This document shows, one piece after another, positions 53,628 through 63,248 of a DNA stretch of 64,000 nt (within the stretch, counting starts at the first letter, position 1; the number at the start of each line of letters is the position of its first letter). The stretch comes from an uncultured Nitrospiraceae bacterium. Its GTDB lineage: Bacteria > Nitrospirota > Thermodesulfovibrionia > Thermodesulfovibrionales > Dissulfurispiraceae. The stretch covers positions 448,001 through 512,000 of the forward strand of contig CAVSHF010000005.1 of assembly GCA_963727805.1 (NCBI GenBank), read 5' to 3'. Both the position numbers and the translations under genes were made by a program. The notes under the pieces were generated by a model. It was not told where the DNA came from. It did not search any database and saw only the letters and a list, made by a program, of their open reading frames with translations.

Positions 53628-55055
53628 CTATCGTTCGCCCATTACGGTCACCCAGTATGGGTTAGCATCAACGTCTAGTTCCGCGATTACCTTTCTGCTC
53701 GTAAGATTAATGATCTTGACCAGCCTCTTTTCAGGGACGACAACGCAGAGGGTGTTCTCGTCGTTATCTATTGTCATAGAGACAACCTCTCCCTCCACAG
53801 GGATGAAGTCGCCAGCAATGAGAGAAAAGGGATCATGAACCTCGATGTCCCTTCCTCCGGTCAGCCCGATATACAGTATATTCGTCTGCGGATCTACCTT
53901 GATCGCGCTTCCTCCAGTACCAAGATAAACCCTGTTGCTGAGTGAGTTCGAAGCCGGATCGCGTATTGTCAGATACGGTGATCGCTGATGGAGCACGTAA
54001 AGTTTGTCTTCCCTGCTGCTGAACTGTCCGATAATGGGACCCGGTTCAGTGCGAATTGTTTGGACTGCCTGGGCAGTGACGGCACGACCGGACAGGAATG
54101 CAGAAAGGTTAATTACCGAAATGGTGTTGGAAAGAGAATTGAACACATAAGCCCTGCTCCCAGTCCTGTTGATGAGTATCGAATGAGACCCTTCTCCGAC
54201 GGGTACCCTCGCTATTGCGACCAGCGAGTTTGTATTGATAATGCTCACTGTCTGTGAGCCCTTGTTCACCGTAAGCAAAAACTTCCTGTCGGCGGTGAGC
54301 GCCAATTCACCGGGGCCGTCCCCTCCATTGAGAAATATTCTGTCGACAATCGTGCCTGACAAGAGGTCGATGATACCGACTGTGTCATCACCCTCAAACG
54401 CAACATAGGCCTTGCGCAAAGTCTGGTCCAGTGCTATACCCCTCGGCTGCTGACCTGTGGCAATGATCCCTTTCACGAGCCCTGACTGTTTGTCAAAAAC
54501 TGTAATAGTATTGGCCCCACTGTTGGATACATACCCGATAAGATTAGCCATCGTTGTACTTGGGATGGAAACAGTGAATACCGGCCTGAAACTGTAGTTC
54601 TCCTGCACCGCCTTGGCATGCTGATAGACAAGGCTGAGGAGAAGGGCCCTTTTCCTGGTCACTTCAAAGAGGAATTCGTTCTTCTGAGGCTCAGACGGCA
54701 CAAGAAGTGCCGCCTCACCCTCATCCGCAGTTACTTTCGCACTCTTCGCCTTTACGGAAAGGCCTGTATATTGACCTGGAGGAAGCTGGCCCGAGGCAAA
54801 GAAACGTTGTCTCTTGAGACTGCTTCCTTTCAGCGTTGCAAACGAAAGAGTAAGGGGAAACTCCTTGCCGTCAATGCGCGTCGCCGTAATGCTCTCGATT
54901 TCGATGGTAACCCTGTCTGCTTCCTGGGAGAAGGGCTGCAGATATACGAAGACCTCGCCATCATTTTCGAGCACCGGTTTCACCTGAGCTTTTATCACCT
55001 CACAGCCTGTGGTAAAGAGGAAGAAACAAAGTACAATGACGAGTGACCTTTTCAC
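53628..55055 (-). CDS. YVTN/YncE beta-propeller lipoprotein
   Basis: Lipobox TTGC; GYVSNSGANTITVFD, AYVFNSLSNTISVIN. Confidence 0.85.
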   Translation of the reverse strand: MKRSLVIVLCFFLFTTGCEVIKAQVKPVLENDGEVFVYLQPFSQEADRVTIEIESITATRIDGKEFPLTLSFATLKGSSLKRQRFFASGQLPPGQYTGLSVKAKSAKVTADEGEAALLVPSEPQKNEFLFEVTRKRALLLSLVYQHAKAVQENYSFRPVFTVSIPSTTMANLIGYVSNSGANTITVFDKQSGLVKGIIATGQQPRGIALDQTLRKAYVAFEGDDTVGIIDLLSGTIVDRIFLNGGDGPGELALTADRKFLLTVNKGSQTVSIINTNSLVAIARVPVGEGSHSILINRTGSRAYVFNSLSNTISVINLSAFLSGRAVTAQAVQTIRTEPGPIIGQFSSREDKLYVLHQRSPYLTIRDPASNSLSNRVYLGTGGSAIKVDPQTNILYIGLTGGRDIEVHDPFSLIAGDFIPVEGEVVSMTIDNDENTLCVVVPEKRLVKIINLTSRKVIAELDVDANPYWVTVMGER

Positions 55056-55433
55056 CCTTTATACCCCCCATTTTGAGAGATGGTAGATGCAATACTGTAA
55101 TCGTACCGCTGCCTGACTGTCGCCGCCATTGCAGCGGTAAACAAGAAGTTGTTAGAAGGCAACTGCCTTCAGATCAAGACCCCCGGAATGATAAAATTCA
55201 CCCAATACATATAGTAAACTCAGAACAGCAATAATTCAATATAGAAGCTGGAACTGATGCACGGAATCCGCTATGTGCTTCTCATTGTACCAATATGTCC
55301 TTTGGAAGGCAAGATATAACAGATATATCAGATATATCAGATGAAACAATATTTTGAGCTATCAATATCTTCTAAAAACGTGACAAAAGCCGATAATTCA
55401 TTAATTGCTATCGAGAAGACTGTGTTCATAAGG

Positions 55434-55470
55434 CAATATGGCGCCGGTCTCTCTGACCGGCGCCATATTG
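55434..55470 (-). terminator. Perfect 16-bp hairpin after the omcS-like gene
   Basis: caatatggcgccggtc-tctct-gaccggcgccatattg; no strong U-tract. Confidence 0.75.
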
Positions 55471-55503
55471 AATGCTCAAGGCGTCTATACTTTGTCTGCT
55501 AAA

Positions 55504-56910
55504 TTAGTCTTTCGCGTGGCACTTGTTGCAAAGTACGCGCTGATTCGCTGCAAATACACTTGACGGCCTGCCGTCCATTGCGTTTTTGTACTGTGCGCTG
55601 GAATATAATACTCCGCGTTGCCCCGGCGTAAGGTCATTACTTAGGTAGCTACCAGCTATCGTCGTCAGCTCGTCAGCAGCATCAAATCTGGTCATATTCG
55701 CCCATGCTGAGGCATGAGCCTTATGGCAGGAAAGACACGACACACTTTGAGAGCCGGTGACGGCTGGAGCGTTGTTGACAGTGGTGGCAGTTCCAGCAGC
55801 CAAGGCTACTAAGGATACGCCTTCTACGGGAACCAATGATGAGTAAAGATTGGTGCCGGTCAAGTTGCCGGAGTATACATAGGCGTTATAATTAGAAGCG
55901 AGGGTGTTAGTGCCGGCGGTGGCGACCCCCAGTAATGCAGTGCCGTCAGAGGTGCCGGCAGGGTGAATAAAGCTGCCCATTCCGCCTTTTATGTTGGTGT
56001 GACAGTTCTGGCACCATTCAGACATACCCTTGCCATATTGAACCACAACCTCCGTAGCAGCAGGCTGACCAGCCGTGATACCGAAGGTAGTGGCCACTAT
56101 GTCATAGTTGGTGGGTGCTATCGCAGTAGGGGAATCTTTGGCAAATGCATATGAGCTGCCGACAGACGCCGGTGCATACCCTGCGCCTGCAAGCAGCCTG
56201 TAAACGCCAACCGCAGAGCCTGTTGGTGCCAAAACACCATAGGACCCGGAACCATTAGTAGAAGAGGTTGTACCACCGGTGAATCCGCTTGTAAAGACGG
56301 TGCTCTTGATGTCACTTGTCTGCGTCGGATCTCCAGTAGTATGTCTGTATGTGCCGTGAGGGTCATGGCAGCTCGAGCAATGCAGGTTTGCCTGCGGATA
56401 GCTTCCGCCCGGTGCGGTCTGGAGCGTGATAGCATAACCGGCAGACGATCCCAAACCCCAGTCAGCCGCATTGATGTTGTGGCCGCGACGGCTCTTATCA
56501 TAGGATGAAGTCGCAGAAGCAGGAGTTGCCAGCAGCCAGCCGAAATCACCGCCGGGGGTAAAATGGGTCGGAAGGCCGGTTGTAACTGCATCAGGTGACA
56601 TAATATGATAACCTGAGCCAGGGGTTTCGGCATTGGCGTGGCAGTTCAGACAGGTAGAACTCTGGTCACTGCCCTGAAGCAGAAAAGCGTTACCCGAAAA
56701 CTGCGCCGAGGCTCCTTTATAGCTGAAGCCTGTCTGGGCTTTTACCCCGTGGCCTCCCATAACGCCTGTGGTACCGCTTGCATTGTGCATGGTATGGCAG
56801 CTGTCGCAAGTGGCGACACCGCCATCGTGAAAAGCATAGGAAATGCCGCTTAACCCGAGAGTCACCATCGCTGCTGCCATGATAACCATTAAAACTTTTG
56901 TTGCTTTCAT
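55504..56910 (-). CDS. omcS: OmcS/OmcT-type hexaheme extracellular cytochrome (candidate nanowire subunit)
   Basis: Signal ...SYA|FHDGGVATCDSCHTMHN; LLQGSDQSSTCLNCH, TPGGDFGWL, LHCSSCHDPHG.YR, YRLLAG, YGKGMSEWCQNCH, VSCLSCHKAHAS, QRVLCNKCHAKD; RBS aggagg. Confidence 0.88.
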   Translation of the reverse strand: MKATKVLMVIMAAAMVTLGLSGISYAFHDGGVATCDSCHTMHNASGTTGVMGGHGVKAQTGFSYKGASAQFSGNAFLLQGSDQSSTCLNCHANAETPGSGYHIMSPDAVTTGLPTHFTPGGDFGWLLATPASATSSYDKSRRGHNINAADWGLGSSAGYAITLQTAPGGSYPQANLHCSSCHDPHGTYRHTTGDPTQTSDIKSTVFTSGFTGGTTSSTNGSGSYGVLAPTGSAVGVYRLLAGAGYAPASVGSSYAFAKDSPTAIAPTNYDIVATTFGITAGQPAATEVVVQYGKGMSEWCQNCHTNIKGGMGSFIHPAGTSDGTALLGVATAGTNTLASNYNAYVYSGNLTGTNLYSSLVPVEGVSLVALAAGTATTVNNAPAVTGSQSVSCLSCHKAHASAWANMTRFDAADELTTIAGSYLSNDLTPGQRGVLYSSAQYKNAMDGRPSSVFAANQRVLCNKCHAKD

Positions 56911-57050
56911 CGAAGTCCTCCTTTTTTTTTGTTGCAGATTATTATTTCTTGTGAGTCGGCAAAACAACTTCTTAAGATGCTCATTGTTCAGTGTTTGCTT
57001 GGCTTATCCCGTCCGTCACCTCCTGATAAACTGAAATTGCTTTGCCTGCT

Positions 57051-57066
57051 AGCAATCACAGTACCG
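57051..57066 (-). promoter_or_regulatory. Sigma54 promoter for the omcS-like gene
   Basis: cGGtactgtgattGCt, GG-N10-GC. Confidence 0.7.
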
Positions 57067-57082
57067 TGTATTTTCATGTGCA

Positions 57083-58048
57083 TTATTGATCAAAGTTCAC
57101 GGCGAAAACGCTGACACCGCGCCCTCTCAATTGACTTACATAAACCTTGCCGTTGTTATCCACCGCCAGGTCATTGGGGACGATCAGGTTATCCGTGTTG
57201 AACCCCCTATACCCGAACTCCGTCTTGAAGTTATAGTCCCGGTCAAAGACTATGACTGCGCATTTGAGCTTGTCAGTTACATAAATATTCCCCTTGTTAT
57301 CCTCGGCAATCCCGGAAACAATGTTGAATTTCCCGGGAGAACTGCCGCGCTTGCCGAAAGATGTCAACGTGCCGTCGGGAGACACTATGTAAACACTGAA
57401 CATAGAGGGCATCGTGAAGAGGATCCTACCGCCATTGTCAACCGTGAGACCGAAGATGCCCGTATTGGACTGAATTTTTTTCTCGTCGAATTTAATCAAC
57501 GCTGCAAGATCGTAGCCGGCCTGGAAAATACCGTTTGAGTCGGTTACGGCAACCTTCATCTTTGAATCGCTTGCAAGGTAAAGGCGGCCGTTTTTATAAA
57601 AAAGTCGGTTGGGAAAAAAGTCGGATGCCATTTTCGGCGGGAAGCCCTTGAATTCGGTCCTTGAAACAAATTCACCGCGGTAGTTGCACTTCGTCAGTGT
57701 CGGCTGAGAGCCGGGGTTCTGATAATTAAGGAGGAGGAAATTGCCTTCATTATCTACCACGAAATCGACAACGTTACCAAACTGACCTGTGTCGAAATCA
57801 AAGATCTGCATCCCGAACTTGTTAAAAATCACTATGGACTGCGTTACCGGATCGGCGACCGAGACTTCTCCAGTAGCATCGTCAATACTCATCCGCACCC
57901 AGTTAAATGGTGCAATCCCGTCAAAATTGGAAAGACTATAAAGATATGAGGCCTTTGCTGCCAGAACATCCACCGGCATCAACGCTATTGTCATGATGAG
58001 CGCTAACGCCAAGGTTAGAAGAGTATTGTTTAGTCGCTTTCTTTCCAT
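57083..58048 (-). CDS. Exported NHL-repeat beta-propeller protein upstream of omcS
   Basis: FGKRGSSPGKF...GIA.D.KGNIYVTD; VPNDLAVD..GKVYV. Confidence 0.88.
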   Translation of the reverse strand: MERKRLNNTLLTLALALIMTIALMPVDVLAAKASYLYSLSNFDGIAPFNWVRMSIDDATGEVSVADPVTQSIVIFNKFGMQIFDFDTGQFGNVVDFVVDNEGNFLLLNYQNPGSQPTLTKCNYRGEFVSRTEFKGFPPKMASDFFPNRLFYKNGRLYLASDSKMKVAVTDSNGIFQAGYDLAALIKFDEKKIQSNTGIFGLTVDNGGRILFTMPSMFSVYIVSPDGTLTSFGKRGSSPGKFNIVSGIAEDNKGNIYVTDKLKCAVIVFDRDYNFKTEFGYRGFNTDNLIVPNDLAVDNNGKVYVSQLRGRGVSVFAVNFDQ

Positions 58049-58062
58049 GATAAAAAAGATAA

Positions 58063-58078
58063 AGCAATGTTTGTACCA
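58063..58078 (-). promoter_or_regulatory. Sigma54 promoter motif
   Basis: tGGtacaaacattGCt. Confidence 0.65.
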
Positions 58079-58346
58079 GCTCGCATTAATCTTTCATATC
58101 ATTGATATTTCACGATTAATATCACATTGCACGTGCGCCATGCCCATCGAGCCGGTGTATGCACCAAGTCCGGTCAGCGGTTTCACCAGATAGCAATCAA
58201 GGGTTTTGAAGCCGGCATTGTTGCTTGTCGATGATAATAAATTGCCCGGCTGCGATGAAATCTATTCGCGTGGATTATATGGCTAAAAGAGGCAGCTGAT
58301 AATTAAAGAGGGTTACCGTCAGAAGGGTCGTAGCATTATGGATCTG

Positions 58347-58829
58347 TCAAGGATGGAATGTTACTCTTATCGGCACTCCTGTCAATTCTCTTGGTGGGAG
58401 CCCAAAAGGTGCAGCAGCATCTACTGCCTGCAATGCCGTCGCGTCGAAACTGGAATTGCCGGATCTTTTCTCCAGATTCTTCCCGCTAACATTTCCATCT
58501 CTAGAAATCTTGAACGTGATAACTGCAGAGAGGTCTTTGTAGATACCACTCGGCAAGATAAAGTGCGCTGCGATTTTGCCCTCAACACCAGACATATAAT
58601 CAGGCTTAACTTGTCCACTATCAGGCGATAATAGTAGTCGTCCAGCAGTATTACCTGATGCTCGTTTCGATGTTTGGTCACATGCATTGTTTCTAATTCC
58701 TGAGCTGCATACGTGCAAAATTCTATTAGTGAATTTAGTGTTTGCCACATCTTCTGCGGAAAGCATTCCAATAAAAAGATATAATGGAAGGATGAGTAGA
58801 ACTACATATGAACAATTTTTACATTTCAT
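58347..58829 (-). CDS. TonB/TolA C-terminal domain protein
   Basis: ITFKISRDGNV...SGNSSFDATALQAV..AAPF..PP. Confidence 0.75.
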   Translation of the reverse strand: MKCKNCSYVVLLILPLYLFIGMLSAEDVANTKFTNRILHVCSSGIRNNACDQTSKRASGNTAGRLLLSPDSGQVKPDYMSGVEGKIAAHFILPSGIYKDLSAVITFKISRDGNVSGKNLEKRSGNSSFDATALQAVDAAAPFGLPPRELTGVPIRVTFHP

Positions 58830-59183
58830 AACAGTCTCTTCACTTTGGCATTTTATTAATGAGTTAATATATTTATAACATATTATAAGCAGTTTTTAAA
58901 AATACATACGACTTCGTCGGACTAGAAAGGCTTAAAGCGTATCGCAATCAATGCGGTCCACTTGGGCCAGATGTCGATGCATCCAATAGTTGCAAACACG
59001 CGATTGCAAGGCGATGTGGTCGGGAGGGGATGCCGAGCCAACTCCAAGTTACCCTCCCCCTATCCGTGAGATGTTGGTGCAGACATTAACGGAGATAAAC
59101 GGTTTTTTTGTAGAGATCAAAGGGTTGAGCATAAATTGACAAATTTCCCTAGAATGCGGGATATTATCCCAAACAGATAATCC

Positions 59184-60137
59184 ATGGGAATAAGTTCTAT
59201 GAGTACCCAGAAGGTAGCCGTTGTAATACCCGCATACAGGGTAGCCGATCACATCGAGGATGTAATTTCGTCGATTCCGGAGAATATTGATTTCATCATC
59301 GTTGTGGATGACAAATGTCCACATGCCTCCGGGAAAAAAGCTGAAGGACTGAACAGAGGTAATGTTGTCGTGCTCTACCATGAACGGAATGAAGGCGTGG
59401 GAGGAGCCGTCATTACCGGCTATAGAAAAGCCATCGAACTGGGCTGTGATATTATAGTAAAAATAGATGGTGATGGCCAGATGGACCCGGCTCATATCGA
59501 CGACTTTATGGAAATATTGCTGAAGGATGATGCAGACTATGCCAAAGGCAACCGCTTCAGGGATTTCAAAAGGCTCAAGCATATGCCCAAAGCGAGACTT
59601 TTGGGCAATAGTACTCTTTCGTTCCTCGTAAAGGCTGCGTCTGGGTATTGGAATATTATGGACCCCACGAACGGCTTCACTGCGATACAAAGCAAAGTCC
59701 TCAGCGATATCAGCATGGATAAGCTGTCGAAGCGCTTTTTCTTTGAGTGTGACATGCTGATTAATCTCAATATCGCCAACGCAGTTGTCACGGATATCAG
59801 TATACCGGCGCAATACGGAGAGGAAAAGAGTTCCCTCAAGATCAGAAGAATTCTGTTTCAGTTCCCACCACAACTCTTGAAGGGTTTTGTTAAACGGATA
59901 TTCCTCAAATATTTCGTCTATGATTTCAACATGGCCTCAGTATACCTGCTCATCGGCCTGCCTGTCTTCATCTTCGGTCTATATTTCGGAGTAAGCGAAT
60001 GGATTGATACCATCATTACAGGAAAGGCGCGGTCCGCTGGAACGATTATGCTCGCAGCTTTACCCATTATTGTCTCCTTTCAGATGCTTCTGCAAGCGAT
60101 AAACATCGATATCCAATCGACGCCGAAGAAAAAATAG
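59184..60137 (+). CDS. GT2 glycosyltransferase (DPM1/GtrB-like) with C-terminal TMs
   Basis: VVIPAY, VVDD, DGDGQ, DPTNGF; start may be 59199. Confidence 0.92.
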   Translation: MGISSMSTQKVAVVIPAYRVADHIEDVISSIPENIDFIIVVDDKCPHASGKKAEGLNRGNVVVLYHERNEGVGGAVITGYRKAIELGCDIIVKIDGDGQMDPAHIDDFMEILLKDDADYAKGNRFRDFKRLKHMPKARLLGNSTLSFLVKAASGYWNIMDPTNGFTAIQSKVLSDISMDKLSKRFFFECDMLINLNIANAVVTDISIPAQYGEEKSSLKIRRILFQFPPQLLKGFVKRIFLKYFVYDFNMASVYLLIGLPVFIFGLYFGVSEWIDTIITGKARSAGTIMLAALPIIVSFQMLLQAINIDIQSTPKKK

Positions 60138-60324
60138 AACCATGTCCGCAGCAATCTCGGGGATTCCCTAATGCAGACCGGGAGGGAGGCAATCATGGTT
60201 GCGGAATAGTAATCCGTCATCAACTTTTCGCCGCCTTTGAAGCAATTCCCTTTTGCGTTTGGTCCTTGGGAGAAGGACGCAAAAAGTGAGACGCGCCTTT
60301 ACCATTCGTCACGCCTGCCGCAGG

Positions 60325-60900
60325 TCAAACTTTACAAAGGGAAAGAGGCTTTTGAACGCGTGAACGAAAATGGAAAGCAACAGAAGTATAGGGGGAATGG
60401 CGAATTTCGTAATTCGTGATGATATTAAGAAGCGCGTTCCTCGTATCGTAAAAGATACGCACGGGCGTATGGCGGCATGCTCCAGAATAGTCTCCAAACT
60501 TGTGAGAGACGAAGTGTGGGGGAGTATAAACCATCTATTGCCCGAACAGCCGGTATCTCCAACACAGATCAATGTCCTCAAAGTACATGAAATAATCCTA
60601 ATCAAAACCGCCGAAGCCAAGGGAATCATACCTGAGCACCATCATTGCGGCACGCACTCCGCCTAGCTCGTCCGGCAATTTGTATTTTCCCGAATCTTTG
60701 TCTAGAAATTAGATACCATAGACACCGCCATTGAACGTAATGACACTACCGACGGAGTTTATGATTCCAGTCGTGCAGAACATAAGGATCTTGCTCCCAA
60801 TAATCTCCACAGCTGCTTGTCCCTCAATGGCATCCGAGGAGTCCGTTCAACCATTCGGGAGTAACGACGGTATCGTTGTTGAAAAAAACGATATGAGATG
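60325..60900 (-). pseudogene. GT2 (WbbL/rhamnosyltransferase-like) pseudogene; boundaries approximate
   Basis: HIVFFNNDTVVTPEWLNGL ... GGFD*DYFMYFEDIDLCWRYRLFGQ*MVYTP ... RIFYDTRNAL, with stops and frameshifts. Confidence 0.75.
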
Positions 60901-61188
60901 CAGTCGCGGCAGGTCGCTTCATCGACGAAGTGTACACGAGCAGGAAGTCAAGATTTGAGTCTAGAGTCAGTCCCAAAAGCTATAGTTGAAGGTGTGAAGG
61001 CCTCTGATACTCCCATATGTCTTCTTCCTTCACCCGCACGCTCTTCACCAGGCTGCAGATAAAGAAGAAGATCTTCAAGCTGTAGACGACAGAGAAGAAC
61101 TGGATTCTATCGACAAGAAATTACATGATCAATGCCACTCCCAACAACTGCAACCTCTTATCAATCATGGTTGGAAATTCAAATCACG

Positions 61189-61986
61189 TTACGGCTTGAT
61201 CCATCGATATATTATGCTGGTGCGTAGTCTCAATAGTCGGTGCAGCATCAGTGCACAGCGCCCTTTCATGCCGAAGCTGCCGGCATGCTCCCGGGCGGTG
61301 GTGTATGCCGCGTCTAACTGTTCCTCTGTCTGCCTGCTCCCCTTGGCTGCCCCATGAACCCGAAAATCGGCCAGTTCATCAGTAAGAACATACGGTTCAG
61401 CGATGAAGGCAAAGCGCAGCCAGAGATCATAGTCCATGTCGAGGTGTTTTTCGAGATTTAAACCGCCAGCCTGCTCCCACATCGGCCTGTTCCAGAAGAC
61501 TGACATCTGGGGGATGAAGTCCTCGGTCAGCAACTTCGCTGAAGAGAAACGCTTCCCCCGCCAGTTCTTATAACTAATTATAAAGCTCAGGATGGGCCGT
61601 CCCTCGGCGTTGATGATCCCAGCACGGCCGTAGAGCCATGCCGGTTCTTCCCTTTGTAGGAGGGGAACCACCTTGGCGAGGGCGCCGGTCCTCAGCCGGT
61701 CGTCGGAATTGAGCCACCCCAGGACATGTCCACTGATCAGGGCCATGCCACGGTTCACCGCATCCGACTGACCAGCGTCGCGGGCAAAATGCAAAATCAG
61801 TTTTGCACCGTATTCGGACTTCAGATACTGCAGTAAATCGCGAGAGCCGTCGGTCGAGCCGGGGTCCATCACTATCAGCTCCACATCGACCCCACGTTGG
61901 TCGAGAACCGAGCGCACCGCCTCCTCCAGATAGGCGGCCTGCTGGTAGGAGGGCATGACGATTGAAATAAGTGGCTTTTTTTCCAT
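61189..61986 (-). CDS. GT2 glycosyltransferase
   Basis: ISIVMPSY, DPGSTDGS, WLNSDD, MDYDLWLR. Confidence 0.92.
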   Translation of the reverse strand: MEKKPLISIVMPSYQQAAYLEEAVRSVLDQRGVDVELIVMDPGSTDGSRDLLQYLKSEYGAKLILHFARDAGQSDAVNRGMALISGHVLGWLNSDDRLRTGALAKVVPLLQREEPAWLYGRAGIINAEGRPILSFIISYKNWRGKRFSSAKLLTEDFIPQMSVFWNRPMWEQAGGLNLEKHLDMDYDLWLRFAFIAEPYVLTDELADFRVHGAAKGSRQTEEQLDAAYTTAREHAGSFGMKGRCALMLHRLLRLRTSIIYRWIKP

Positions 61987-62006
61987 AGTTCCATCAGAAC
62001 AGTGCG

Positions 62007-63230
62007 TCAGCTGGGCTTCCCGCAGAGTTCACCAATGAGCTCCAAGAGCGGCCGCAGGGTCACTTCCCACTCGAATTTGCGGGCTTGCTCCGCCACCCGG
62101 TCGAAATAGGAAGGGTTTGCCTCCAACTCCGTGAGGAATGAACTGATCGTCTCGATCCATGCCCCTTCTTCGAGGGAATCAACAAGTCGACCGCAAGCGT
62201 CGTTGATGAATTCCCGCGGCCCGCCGCTATTGTGGGAGACGACCGGCGTGCCGCAGGCGATCGCCTCAAGCGGCGCCATGCCGAACGGCTCCCCCACGCT
62301 CCCGTGGAGAAAAAGCATTGAACGGCGGTGGAGTTTCACTAACTCATCATTGCCGAGGGCTCCGTGGAACAGCACTCGTGAAGCGACTCCCAGCACCCCG
62401 GCAAGAGCCCGCAAGGCCCACTCGTCCTCACCCTGGCCAACGATGTGGTATACCATGTGCGGATGGCGCCGCAACACCCGTGCGAACACCCGCAGCAGGA
62501 AATCAACCCGTTTGAAGCGGCTGAGCTTCGCGACGGTGATAATTTCCCAACTCTTTTCCCTCAGCTCCCCCATTTGGAAAACGTTGAAATCTATAGCTGG
62601 ATAGGCTACGGCAGCGGGTTTCACGCCATACACCGACTCAACCTGGCTGGCGGTGAACAGGCTGTTCGCCGCCACCATATCGCAGAAACGGCTTAGGTAA
62701 CGGTCCACCGCTGAGAGGAGTGGCCGCAGCATGACGGCCAGGTATCGCTTCCAGAATGGCTCAAGGGCCGCAATCCAGTTCCGGGAGTGGATGAAGGCGC
62801 TCGGTTCGTGGCAGACCCACAGGAGCCTCGTTCCGCGGTGGCGCATCTTGTAAAGCCACCCCCACCAGTTGGCCGGAAAGATCTGGGGAAGGAGCACATC
62901 GGGGTGCCACACCGCGATCCGCCGGCTAATCCTGGTCTGCCAGAACGGGAAGAGCGTCCAGTACTCCATGCTAGACGTCACCGGCCCGTCGAGGGAGAGC
63001 ATCTCCACCCCCTGCGGTAGCGCGAACTTGGCCGAGTCGAGCCGCATAGTGAGGACACCAACAGTGGCGCCATGTTCTGCTAAGATCTCGGCCATCTTGA
63101 GCGCGTAATTTCCCGCCCCTCCTGGTGTGGTGAAATGGGGGAAGAGGATGAGCACGCGTTTCCCCGTCAGGGCCATGCCGTTATCGTTCGACAAATTGTT
63201 CACAGGACGCGTTCCCGCTGCGCGAAACAT
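62007..63230 (-). CDS. GT4 glycosyltransferase
   Basis: GGAG, KRVD, EPFGMAPLEAIACGTPVV. Confidence 0.92.
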   Translation of the reverse strand: MFRAAGTRPVNNLSNDNGMALTGKRVLILFPHFTTPGGAGNYALKMAEILAEHGATVGVLTMRLDSAKFALPQGVEMLSLDGPVTSSMEYWTLFPFWQTRISRRIAVWHPDVLLPQIFPANWWGWLYKMRHRGTRLLWVCHEPSAFIHSRNWIAALEPFWKRYLAVMLRPLLSAVDRYLSRFCDMVAANSLFTASQVESVYGVKPAAVAYPAIDFNVFQMGELREKSWEIITVAKLSRFKRVDFLLRVFARVLRRHPHMVYHIVGQGEDEWALRALAGVLGVASRVLFHGALGNDELVKLHRRSMLFLHGSVGEPFGMAPLEAIACGTPVVSHNSGGPREFINDACGRLVDSLEEGAWIETISSFLTELEANPSYFDRVAEQARKFEWEVTLRPLLELIGELCGKPS

Positions 63231-63248
63231 TGTGTATCATCATCCATA

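Noticed and set aside
55311..55343. Short 9-bp tandem repeat (cagatatat)
   Set aside because: Only two to three imperfect copies in AT-rich DNA, with no support for function
56911..57050. GEMM-I (c-di-GMP/cGAMP) riboswitch upstream of omcS, as in Geobacter
   Set aside because: Only scattered words (ggcaaa, ggacgg..aagcc, ttgccga). I cannot build the P2 GNRA hairpin or P3; an Infernal search with the c-di-GMP-I models would settle it.
59049..59873. Long antisense ORFs (also 33936-34457, 56118-56633 and similar overlaps)
   Set aside because: Shadow frames of well-supported genes, with no motifs of their own
60530..60600. TAG read-through (pyrrolysine or recoding) in the GT2 remnant
   Set aside because: The region also has frameshifts, and TAG is used as a normal stop elsewhere in the window; ordinary decay
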